Assembly: GCA_964619465.1 (NCBI GenBank)
Contig: CAZUES010000015.1
Coordinates: forward strand, 29,101-93,100
Direction of reading: 5' to 3'
DNA length: 64,000 nucleotides
DNA from: an uncultured Gemmatimonas sp.
Lineage (GTDB): Bacteria; Gemmatimonadota; Gemmatimonadetes; Gemmatimonadales; GWC2-71-9
Shown piece by piece: positions 1-8,500 of this stretch. How positions within the stretch are numbered: the stretch's first letter is position 1; the number at the start of each line of letters is the position of its first letter. Position numbers and translations under genes: made by a program. The notes beneath the pieces are model-generated. The model ran no database searches, was not told where the DNA came from, and saw only the letters and a list, made by a program, of their open reading frames with translations.

Positions 1-614
1 GCGAGGATCTCGAGCCGGTCGTGCGGGATGTGCGGGTGCAGCAAACCGGACAGGCGGCGCACCAGTTCAGGGCCGGTCGGGGCGTCGGAGGCAAGGCTCA
101 ACAGGGCCGAGGAGAGGTCGTCATCGATCGGCGTGGCAGGCTCCGCGGGGGCGACCACCATCGTGCTCAGTGCAGCAAGAGAAGACGCGAGTCGATCGGC
201 CAGCTGGCGCAGCAACCGGGCGGCAGGTGCGCCGTAGCTGCCGGATTCGAAGGTGCCCACCAGGATCAGGCCGACGTCGCGGCCGTCGCTCCGGACCGGC
301 ACCGCGGCCGCGCTGGCATACTTGGCCCGCCGGAGCGTGTCTTCAAGTTCGAACAGCTGGTCCTGGGTCAGCTGGGAGTCCGGCAGCGGAACGGCCAGCC
401 GATCCTGGGCCAGGGCCTCGGGGCCCAGCAGGATGGCTCCGCCTCGCTCGGGATAGACCCAGAGACCGAAGAGCTGATGCGGAATGTCGCCCGCCACCAG
501 GTTGGACAGGGCCATATGCCATGATGCCGTGGCCACCGGATCGGGTGTTCCGGCGGTCAGGTCGAGTACGGGCACCAGCAGCGTGCTCGAAGGGTTGGTC
601 GGATCGTTGGTCAT
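1..614 (-). CDS. GAF-domain-like regulatory protein, N-terminal part (gene runs off the left edge)
   Basis: My own translation of the minus strand gives ATG at 614..612, then an open frame to position 1 (MTNDPTNPSSTLLVPVLDLTAGTPDPV...GLILVGTFESGSYGAPAARLLRQLADRLA...LSGLLHPHIPHDRLEIL). It is absent from the ORF track because it has no in-window stop. The overlapping listed ORFs (21..524+, 170..985+ N-terminal part, 343..642-) are Arg/Pro/Gly-rich shadow frames. The GAF call rests on general resemblance only. Confidence 0.5.
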   Translation of the reverse strand, partial: MTNDPTNPSSTLLVPVLDLTAGTPDPVATASWHMALSNLVAGDIPHQLFGLWVYPERGGAILLGPEALAQDRLAVPLPDSQLTQDQLFELEDTLRRAKYASAAAVPVRSDGRDVGLILVGTFESGSYGAPAARLLRQLADRLASSLAALSTMVVAPAEPATPIDDDLSSALLSLASDAPTGPELVRRLSGLLHPHIPHDRLEIL

Positions 615-772
615 GGCCTATTTGGGGTTCTGCAGGACCCATGCCTCATGGCTTGGATTGTAACACGTTGGTGCGAAATAGGTTAGGGTGGTCGGCCGAG
701 TTGGTCTGCGGGAGGCCTGCAGCATCTTGCCGTGCCTTGCGGGGGGCCGGTCGGCACGTTTTTCTTTGCGGT

Positions 773-985
773 ATGACGTTACTGACGCTGCATATCGAAG
801 GGATGTCGTGCGGTCACTGCCTCAACGCGGTCAATCGCAGCCTGGCGGGCCTCGCTGGCGTCGCCATCAAGTCGGTGGCAATCGGCCGAGCCCAGGTGGA
901 GTTCGATCCGGCGGTGATCGACGAAGCAACCATCGTGGCTGCCGTGAAGGATGCCGGCTATCCGGCCACGCCGGTGGCGGCGTAG
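773..985 (+). CDS. copZ: Heavy-metal-associated (HMA) domain metallochaperone, CopZ-like, 70 aa
   Basis: C-terminal 70 aa of ORF 170..985: MTLLTLHIEGMSCGHCLNAVNRS...AAVKDAGYPATPVAA. It carries the GMSCGHC metal-binding motif and is the size of a ferredoxin-like fold. I chose the in-frame ATG at 773 because the upstream part of the ORF is Arg/Pro junk. Confidence 0.85.
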   Translation: MTLLTLHIEGMSCGHCLNAVNRSLAGLAGVAIKSVAIGRAQVEFDPAVIDEATIVAAVKDAGYPATPVAA

Positions 986-1000
986 TCACCTGAAACAGAA

Positions 1001-1022
1001 AGAGGCTCCATCGGGAGCCTCT
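1001..1022. terminator. Hairpin between convergent genes (copZ-like + / DoxX -)
   Basis: AGAGGCTCC-ATCG-GGAGCCTCT forms a 9-bp perfect stem. On the minus strand it is followed by TTTCTGTTTC, so it most plausibly terminates the DoxX/sdh transcript. Confidence 0.55.
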
Positions 1023-1066
1023 CCTGGATACGGTTCGGAGTGAATACCTCCGGAGGCGTCAGGCGC

Positions 1067-1486
1067 TCACGGCGTCGAGCGATTCCGGGCCAGCCTCGCG
1101 TCGACGCTATGCGGGCCGGCTCCCCGCGCCGAGAAGAAGAGCCACAGGAAGCAGAAGATCAGCGCCAGTTCCCCGCTGTTCGCCCACCACCAGAAGCTGT
1201 TGGTTCCGAAGGCCCAATGGGCCGACAAATAGGCCGCTGCCATCAGTCCGGAGGCAAGGAAGGCGGCGGGCCGAGTGAAGAGCCCGATGGCAATCAGCAG
1301 CCCGCCGACGAGTTCGATCACGCCGGCGACGCCGAAGCGGCTCATCAGCTCGGCCGTGCCGTCAGGACCGAAACCGCCGAACCAGCCGAGCAGTTTCTGC
1401 GCACCATGTGAAGCAAAAGCCAGCCCTGCCACTACCCGAAGGGCGGTGAGGCTCGCGGTAGTGAATGCCGTAGGCGATGTCGTCAT
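1067..1486 (-). CDS. DoxX family membrane protein
   Basis: ORF 1067..1501. It is hydrophobic with a DoxX-like pattern (LRVVAGLAFASHGAQKLLGWFGGFGPDG...GVIELVGGLLIAIGLFTRPAAFLASGLM). I chose the ATG at 1486 because GGGAG lies 8 nt upstream. Confidence 0.8.
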   Translation of the reverse strand: MTTSPTAFTTASLTALRVVAGLAFASHGAQKLLGWFGGFGPDGTAELMSRFGVAGVIELVGGLLIAIGLFTRPAAFLASGLMAAAYLSAHWAFGTNSFWWWANSGELALIFCFLWLFFSARGAGPHSVDARLARNRSTP

Positions 1487-1502
1487 GGTCGGTGCTCCCA
1501 AG

Positions 1503-2006
1503 TCAGTCGTCGAGGACGACCTCGGCCGGTTCGTCGAACCGTGAGGTCAGTTCCGGATGCGCGTTGAGGATCCGGGCACAGCTGTTCCAGCGAATCACCG
1601 CGTCGTCGTTGCCAGACGGACGCAGCCCCTCGGCCTTCTCGTACCAGGTCATTGCTTCGCGGTACCAGTCGGTTGCGAGGCTGGCAGCATTGATGCTCGG
1701 ACTCATCCGCTGGGCATGGCCCCGCCGCTCGCAGACGATACCGGCATAGTAGGCCCGCTCGTAGTCGTCGGTCAATTGCGGCAGCACTTCGCGGGCCCGG
1801 GCCAGGCCGCCGGTGATTCCCTGCGCGATCAGGTCGGTACGAGCCAGCAGCAGCATGACCAGCGCCTTCTGATTGCCCGGCTCGATGGCGAGGACGTCGA
1901 GACAGATGCTCTCCGCGGCATCGGGCTCGTTCAGCAGGCGATATCGCTCCGCTTTGGCCAACGCGGAAGCCACCCCGCCGGCCGTCATCGGTTTGAGCTC
2001 GATCAT
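1503..2006 (-). CDS. Hypothetical protein, helical/TPR-like, downstream of sdhB
   Basis: 167-aa ORF with high-GC third codon positions, tightly packed between sdhB (stop 2017) and DoxX. I recognised no motif. Confidence 0.65.
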   Translation of the reverse strand: MIELKPMTAGGVASALAKAERYRLLNEPDAAESICLDVLAIEPGNQKALVMLLLARTDLIAQGITGGLARAREVLPQLTDDYERAYYAGIVCERRGHAQRMSPSINAASLATDWYREAMTWYEKAEGLRPSGNDDAVIRWNSCARILNAHPELTSRFDEPAEVVLDD

Positions 2007-2016
2007 CGCAACCTCC

Positions 2017-2772
2017 TCAGCTTGACGTGTCCTTCCCTCGAATGAATCCGATCAGCTTGGCGATCGGGTCGAACGCCTCGTCGATGACCCGCTCCTTGAG
2101 CGGAATGATGGCATTGTCGGTGATCTTGATTTCCTCGGGACAGACATTGGTACAGCACTTGGTAATGTTGCAGTACCCGATACCATGGAGAGTGCGCAGC
2201 GTTTCGAGGCGGTCACCGGTGTCGATCGGGTTCATCTCGAGGCCGGCCGTGTAGAGCAGAAAGCGGGGGCCGATGAACTCGTCGTGCAGCTGGTGGTCCC
2301 GGAGGACGTGGCAGACGTCCTGGCAGAGAAAGCACTCGATGCACTTGCGGAACTCTTGCGCTCGATCGACATCTTCCTGCAACATCCGCCAGGTGCCGTC
2401 CGCCGCATCGGGCTGCCGAGGCGCCAGCTTGGCAATCTTCTTCTTGACGTCGAAGTTCCAGCTGACGTCGGACACCAGATCCCGCAGGTGAGGAAAGGCG
2501 CGGATCGGTTCGATGGTGACGGGCTGGTTCAGGTCGAGCTGCTCGAGCCGCGTCATGCACATCAGCTTGGGCTGGCCGTTGATCTCGGCCGAGCAGGAGC
2601 CGCATTTACCGGCTTTGCAGTTCCAGCGGCAGGCCAGGTCGGGTGCCTGATCCGCCTGGATCTGATGGACCGCGTCGAGCACCACCATCCCGGTGGAAAT
2701 CTCGGTGCTGTAGTCCACCAGCTCGCCGGTGCCGGACTCTCCCCGCCAGATCGAGAATGTCGCCGTTGTCAT
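2017..2772 (-). CDS. sdhB: Succinate dehydrogenase/fumarate reductase iron-sulfur subunit
   Basis: 251 aa with Cys clusters CRWNCKAGKCGSC (2Fe-2S), CIECFLCQDVC and CNITKCCTNVCP (4Fe-4S/3Fe-4S). It lies directly downstream of sdhA. Confidence 0.93.
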   Translation of the reverse strand: MTTATFSIWRGESGTGELVDYSTEISTGMVVLDAVHQIQADQAPDLACRWNCKAGKCGSCSAEINGQPKLMCMTRLEQLDLNQPVTIEPIRAFPHLRDLVSDVSWNFDVKKKIAKLAPRQPDAADGTWRMLQEDVDRAQEFRKCIECFLCQDVCHVLRDHQLHDEFIGPRFLLYTAGLEMNPIDTGDRLETLRTLHGIGYCNITKCCTNVCPEEIKITDNAIIPLKERVIDEAFDPIAKLIGFIRGKDTSS

Positions 2773-2804
2773 GGACAGTGGTCCTCTCTCTCGCCGTACC
2801 GGCG

Positions 2805-4613
2805 CTACTTGTAGGTCTCGACCAGCTCAGCCAGCTCGGCAGCAACCGGCGCCACCGGCCGCTGCTCCAGCGCCATGCTGCCATCCGCCGTCTGCGCCAC
2901 GACATGGTTGAGCTTGCCGAACTCGGCCTGCTTCTCGGGGTAGTCGTCCCGGAAATGTCCGCCCCGGCTTTCTTTGCGGGCCAGCGCGGACAGGATGATC
3001 GCCTCGGACACCGTCAGCAGGTTCTTGAGGTCGATGGCGGTGTGCCAGCCGGGATTATAGGCTCGGCCACCCGGCACGCCGATGGTCGCCGCCCGTTCCT
3101 TGAGGCGGGCCAGTTCATCCAGGGCGCGGAGCATTTCCTCTTCGCGCCGGACGATCCCCACCAGCGACTGCATCATGACCTGGAGATCCTGCTGCACCTT
3201 GTAGGGACTCTCACCCGTGGTGCGCTCGAAGGGCGCCAGCGCCTCGCGGATACTGGCGTCGACCTCCCCGCCGTCCGGAGCAACCGACGGCTGCTCCCGG
3301 GCATACTGCGCGGCGAACTCCCCGGCACGCTTCCCGAAGACCAGGAGGTCGGAAAGCGAGTTGCCGCCCAGCCGGTTGGCGCCGTGGAGCCCGGCGGCCG
3401 ACTCGCCTGCTGCGAACAGGCCGGGAACCGTGGTCATCTGGCTGTCGCCGTCGACCAGGATGCCGCCCATGATGTAGTGCGTCGTCGGGCCGATTTCCAT
3501 CGGCTCCTTGGTGATGTCGATGCCCGCCAGCTGTTTGAACTGATGGTACATGCTGGGCAGCTTCTTCCGGATGTGTTCGGCCGCGTTCGGGATCCGCTCC
3601 TTGATCCATTGGATGTCGAGAAAGACGCCGCCGTGCGGGCTGCCGCGTCCTTCGCGCACCTCGCGGACGATGCAGCGGGCGACGTGGTCCCGGGTCAGCA
3701 GTTCGGGCGGGCGGCGGGCGTTCTTGTCGCCCATGACGTAGCGCCAGCCTTCTTCCGGTGTGTCGGCGGTCTGGGCGCGGTAGTTCTCCGGGATATCGTC
3801 GAACATGAACCGCTTGCCCTGGTTGTTGACCAGGATCCCGCCTTCGCCGCGGACGCCTTCGGTCACCAGAATGCCCTTGACCGACGGTGGCCAGATCATG
3901 CCGGTCGGGTGGAACTGGATGAACTCCATGTCCAGGAGCGCCGCGCCGGCCTGATAGGCTAACGCCTGGCCATCGCCGCTGTACTCCCAGCTGTTGCTGG
4001 TGATCTGGTAGGCGCGCCCGATGCCTCCCGTCGCGAGCACGATGGCGCGCGCCCGATAGAGCCGGAACTCTCCTTGCTGGCGGTCATACCCCAACGCGCC
4101 CGCGATCCGCCCCTGCTGGCGGAACAGGCTCACGATGGTGACTTCCATGTGCACGTCGATGCCCTGATGGATGCCATGGTCCTGTAAGGTGCGGATCATC
4201 TCGAGGCCGGTCCGGTCGCCTACGTGCGCCAGGCGCGGATACCGGTGCCCGCCGAAGTTGCGTTGCAGGATCCGGCCGTCTTTGGTCCGATCGAACAGGG
4301 CGCCCCACGCTTCCAGCTCCCGGACCCGCGCCGGCGCTTCCTTGGCATGCAGCTCGGCCATGCGCCAGTTGTTGACGTACTGCCCGCCGCGTAGCGTGTC
4401 GGTGAAATGGACCTGCCAGTTGTCGCGGTCGTCGACATTGCCCATCGCCGCCGCCATCCCGCCTTCGGCCATGACCGTGTGGGCCTTGCCCAGCAGCGAT
4501 TTGCAGATCAGGCCGACCGACACGCCGGCGCCGGCCGCCTCGATTGCCGCGCGGAGCCCGGCACCGCCGGCGCCGATGACGAGTACGTCGTGATCGAAAG
4601 TCTGATAGGACAT
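2805..4613 (-). CDS. sdhA: Succinate dehydrogenase/fumarate reductase flavoprotein subunit
   Basis: 602 aa with an N-terminal FAD fold (DVLVIGAGGAGLRAAIEA), HTVMAEGG, and typical SdhA/FrdA sequence throughout. Confidence 0.95.
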   Translation of the reverse strand: MSYQTFDHDVLVIGAGGAGLRAAIEAAGAGVSVGLICKSLLGKAHTVMAEGGMAAAMGNVDDRDNWQVHFTDTLRGGQYVNNWRMAELHAKEAPARVRELEAWGALFDRTKDGRILQRNFGGHRYPRLAHVGDRTGLEMIRTLQDHGIHQGIDVHMEVTIVSLFRQQGRIAGALGYDRQQGEFRLYRARAIVLATGGIGRAYQITSNSWEYSGDGQALAYQAGAALLDMEFIQFHPTGMIWPPSVKGILVTEGVRGEGGILVNNQGKRFMFDDIPENYRAQTADTPEEGWRYVMGDKNARRPPELLTRDHVARCIVREVREGRGSPHGGVFLDIQWIKERIPNAAEHIRKKLPSMYHQFKQLAGIDITKEPMEIGPTTHYIMGGILVDGDSQMTTVPGLFAAGESAAGLHGANRLGGNSLSDLLVFGKRAGEFAAQYAREQPSVAPDGGEVDASIREALAPFERTTGESPYKVQQDLQVMMQSLVGIVRREEEMLRALDELARLKERAATIGVPGGRAYNPGWHTAIDLKNLLTVSEAIILSALARKESRGGHFRDDYPEKQAEFGKLNHVVAQTADGSMALEQRPVAPVAAELAELVETYK

Positions 4614-5414
4614 TCAGAGAATCCGGAAGTCGGTCCAGATGCCCATCGAGCAGAGCCGGATGTAGAGGTCTGAAAAGGCGACCGTGATCAGGCTGATCCA
4701 GGCCCAGCGGTGGTGCGCCCGGTTGAGGCACGAGACGCAGGCATACGGAGTCTTGAAGACGGGACGTTTGGAAAACTGGTCGCGGAATCCTCCGACCACG
4801 TGCCTGAGCGAATGGCATCCGAGGGTGTATCCGCCAAGGCAGATCACATTGGCCGTCAGGATCAGACTGCCCACGCCGATGCCAAAGCTGGTGCCGCCCG
4901 AGCCGTCGGCAAACCAGAAGGCCTTCACGGCGTCGTAGCTGAGCAGAAACAGAAAGGCCACCGCGATGATCATGAAATAGCGATGCACGTTCTGCAGGAT
5001 CAGCGGAAAGCTGCGCTCGCCCAGATAGGTTTTGCGCGGCTCACCAATCGTACATGCCGGCGGATCGGCCCAGAAGGACTTGTAGTAGGAGCCGCGGTAG
5101 TAGTAGCAGGTGAGGCGGAACAGGCCGGGGAACGGGAGGATGATCAGCGCGGGAGAAAACGGCAGCCACGCAGGCCACCACCCCGGCTTCGGTCCGAACC
5201 ACGAATGCGGCGAGTCGCCGAACACCTCCGGTGCGTAGAACGGCGAGAGATACGGACCGTGAGTGTAGTGCGCATTCTGAAAGGCGGCCCACGTCGCATA
5301 GACGATGAAGGCAGTCAGAATTACAAAGATGATGAGCGGCTCGACCCACCAACGGTCGCGTCGCATGGTCTCCCCGAACCGGCGTCTCGGCAGGGGAATG
5401 GCGGCCAATCCCAT
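4614..5414 (-). CDS. sdhC: Succinate dehydrogenase membrane anchor / cytochrome b-like subunit
   Basis: Multi-pass hydrophobic protein. Its stop abuts the sdhA start (4613/4614) and His residues sit in the predicted helices. The call rests on position and hydrophobicity. The start is uncertain: 5414, or 5366 (MRRDRWW, preceded by GGGGAG). Confidence 0.7.
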   Translation of the reverse strand: MGLAAIPLPRRRFGETMRRDRWWVEPLIIFVILTAFIVYATWAAFQNAHYTHGPYLSPFYAPEVFGDSPHSWFGPKPGWWPAWLPFSPALIILPFPGLFRLTCYYYRGSYYKSFWADPPACTIGEPRKTYLGERSFPLILQNVHRYFMIIAVAFLFLLSYDAVKAFWFADGSGGTSFGIGVGSLILTANVICLGGYTLGCHSLRHVVGGFRDQFSKRPVFKTPYACVSCLNRAHHRWAWISLITVAFSDLYIRLCSMGIWTDFRIL

Positions 5415-5586
5415 TGCGATTCATTTCCCGGACAGATGGTGCGACCAGACGAAAAGGGGTACTTCGGTATGTGCACGGAGGATACCTCCGACCGGCGCGC
5501 GAGGCTAGAGGAGGGGTCCGTTTTCTCCTGCTGACGCCTGGATGGCGTTTCGATGACAACTCGGCGAGGGAATCACTGCAGGTGGT

Positions 5587-8500
5587 TCAGCGTAACGTTG
5601 GAACACTAGAAAACGTTGGAACACTAGAATAGGTGGAGTTCCAATCCATGTCTGTTTTCACCCCTGTCCAGGCGTTCAACGGACCGACCAGCATCTGGGT
5701 CGCGACGGTCTGACCGCTGATCACGATGCGCCAGTCACTCTCCGGAGACATACCGGTGTAATCCCGAATCATCGGCATCCCATCGACCGCGACACCACAT
5801 GTCGCGTCGGGAAAGATCTGCAGACGGATTCGATACCATGTCCCGCTCACAAGATGTTCGGCGCCGGCGGCTATGAGTCGTCGTGAACCCACATGGAGCG
5901 AGTAACGCTGCATCTGCGCAACGCCCTCACCTATCGGAGTCAGGAATCCGCATGCAGCCGCTCCGATGGCACCGGAATGGTTGGTGTCCGGGTACACTCC
6001 CATCTCGAGTAGTAAACGTTGCCATTTCGGTCGTTCGATCGGCGTCGAAACAAGTGCCTCGAAGCCGAACGCAGGGGCAGATACCGCTCCAATGCTGACA
6101 ATCCCGCTCGAGAACGTCTGGTCACCGCCGTTGAGGAGGGCAGGAGTCCCGTCAGGAGCAGCCACGATGGAAGGTCGAGGATCACCGTACGATGCCCATC
6201 GGCTGGCCAGCGACTCTTCCCACGCTTCGCCGAAAACATGTTCCACTCGATTCGAGGTGATCGTGATCTCGGTCGACGCTTGCCGCCACCCGCCAAGCGA
6301 GACATCAATTCGCACCGTGCCCTCTTCGCGGGGGAAGAGCTCGCCGGTGCTCGAATCGATCGTTGCAATAGTCGAATCGTGAGTCGCCCACCTGAGCGCA
6401 GTCGAGGTAAGTGCCACGCTTCGACCGAGCACATCGCGCCCGGAGGCACGAAGACGATGACTCACGCCGACGACAGCGGAGATTCCTCGGGGTTCGATCG
6501 TCACGTCGTGGATGTACTGTCGGCGCTCTGCCGGAACAAACCATCCGGTCACTGTGCCCGCAGCTGAAGGTGTTACGAGGGAGCGGTCGCCAGGCCGCTC
6601 CCTGTCGATCACCAATCGTACCCGATCCGGTGAGCTGATAGCGACCGAAGAGGCCAGCGTTGATCCGGAGCTGGCTTTCTCCAGTATGACCGGGAGGGGC
6701 CGCCCGAGCGCCAGCGAATTTCCTGGGATATGCCATGTCGCCATTGGTGACTGTACATCGGTGGACATACTACTGAGCATGACCTGATCAGGGTTCCGCC
6801 AGCCGTGGTGACGCCACCGCTCGTCCAGTGTGGACGGTGCGCAACGTTCCACGAGCCCATCGAATGTCACGATGCACGGCCGTACGACTCCCGTCATCGT
6901 TTCGATACGATCAAAGGCAATGTGCGTCCCGTCAGGAGACCATGCCGGGCCCGTATCGTAGTCCGGTCCACGAGTCAGCTGCCGAATGACACCCGTTTCG
7001 AGGTCCAGGACGCCGAGATCGCTGTCTTCGTCTCCTCTCGGTGTCCATCGGGCCGTTGCGAAGACCAGGAACTTGCCATCCGGAGACCAATCAGGGCTGA
7101 TATCGTCCCCCGGCGTGGCCGTGAGCCGGCGGACTCGGCCGCTGCGCTCCAGCAGCATCAGGTCGATGCCGCCGGAGTCGGCGGTGATCTCGTCATATGC
7201 CAAGGCCCCCTCCGGATGGAGCGCCATCGTATAGTACGGCTTCCGACCCGGCGGAAGCCGGCCAAGCACACGACCTTCCCGCAAGGAGATCGTATCGGGG
7301 CCGGACCATCGATCCTCGCGAATCGGAAAACCATAGATTCGAACCCGGTCGCCCGGCGCAGGGGTTCCCTCGGCCAGCAGCAGGACGGCCGTCGGCGGGA
7401 CTTCGGGCCTGGTGAGCATGAACCAGGAAACCGCCGCGACGAGGAGCAGCACCAGCCCGGCAACCAATGCTCGGCGGGAGCTGCTCGAATACGTCATGCG
7501 TCGTGCCCCACCCAGCGATCGGATCAGCTCCGATTGCTCTCGCGGCGTTGCCGATGGCCCCAACGCACTGCGGGCAAGATCCCGGAGCGGAACCGTGCTT
7601 CCGTGCCGGCGAACCGTTTCGACTTGGGCTCGAAACAGGGCGACGAGTCGGTCTCGCTGCTGGGCTTCCCTGAAATGTGCAGCGGCTCGCTGAAAGGCCG
7701 TGCGGTCGTTCTCGAGCCGGGTGGCCAACCACTCGCCCAATATCGTGTGGGCATCCCGATTTTCGTCAGCGGAGATGGTTCGGAGCACGGTAGCTGCTAT
7801 TTCGTCGTGCGTTGCCTGAAGCAGCGGTCCCGCACGCACGATCAGACCATCCTTCTCGAGCTGATGGAGTACGTATCGCGCATCGGCATCGACGGACGAG
7901 AGGACATCCAAAGGCAGGGGCGCTTGCGCTGCGCTGATCAGCAACAGCAGGTTCCGGGCGCGAGCTGGAAGTCCCTCGATGCGGAGCCGAAGCGGATCGT
8001 CGTCACCGATGTCCCGTAGCGCGGCAGCGGGATTGGTCCACGTCCAACCGGTCTCATCGATCCGCAACCTGCCCTGTTGCATGGCCAGATGCAGCAACTC
8101 CAGCACGAGTAAGGGCGACCCCTTCGATTTGTGGTGCAGCATCTCGGCCAGCGCCGTCACCTCATACGCTCCAACATCTGCCCCCAGGCTCGACAGCATG
8201 CCGAGCAAGGCGTCCGTCGAGAGCGGGGTGAGCTCGACGACCTGTGTCGCGGCGGATGCCGGCAGTGTGCGCGCGACCGGGCGAGCCGTCGTCACGATCA
8301 GTACACGCTCGCTTTTGAGGCGGTTGAGGAGACCGTTGATGATCTGGAGGGACTGGTCGTCCGCCCAATGGAGATCGTCGAGCAGGATGGCCAGCGGTGT
8401 CTCGCCAGCCACGCATGAGACCAGCTCTGTGATTGCCTGGATCAGGGTCGCCGTCGATCCGATTCCCGAACGACCCCCGCCGTGGTCCCGACGATGGGCG

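Noticed and set aside
753-769. Sigma-54-like GGCAC...TTGC just upstream of the copZ-like ATG.
   Set aside because: The GG-to-GC spacing is 15 nt instead of 12, and the element would leave no room for a leader or RBS.
2643-3962. Long plus-strand ORF (439 aa) and similar long antisense ORFs elsewhere. Examples: 14754..15965-, 24124..25869-, 41044..42558-, 44795..46072-, 49815..50852+, 52780..53664-, 54004..54933-, 57305..58228-, 59295..60650-, 61892..63610-.
   Set aside because: Each lies opposite a gene with clear family motifs (sdhA, ndh, kinase, vWA, YitJ-like, metH, POP, and so on). Their products are Arg/Pro/Gly/His-rich with low complexity. These are the usual shadow ORFs of high-GC DNA.
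7336-7348. GATTCGAACCCGG, which looks like the reverse complement of a tRNA T-arm (GGGTTCGAATC).
   Set aside because: The flanking bases do not form a T-stem or an acceptor stem, and the site is inside the well-supported 1373-aa coding region. I found no tRNA anywhere in the window by eye.
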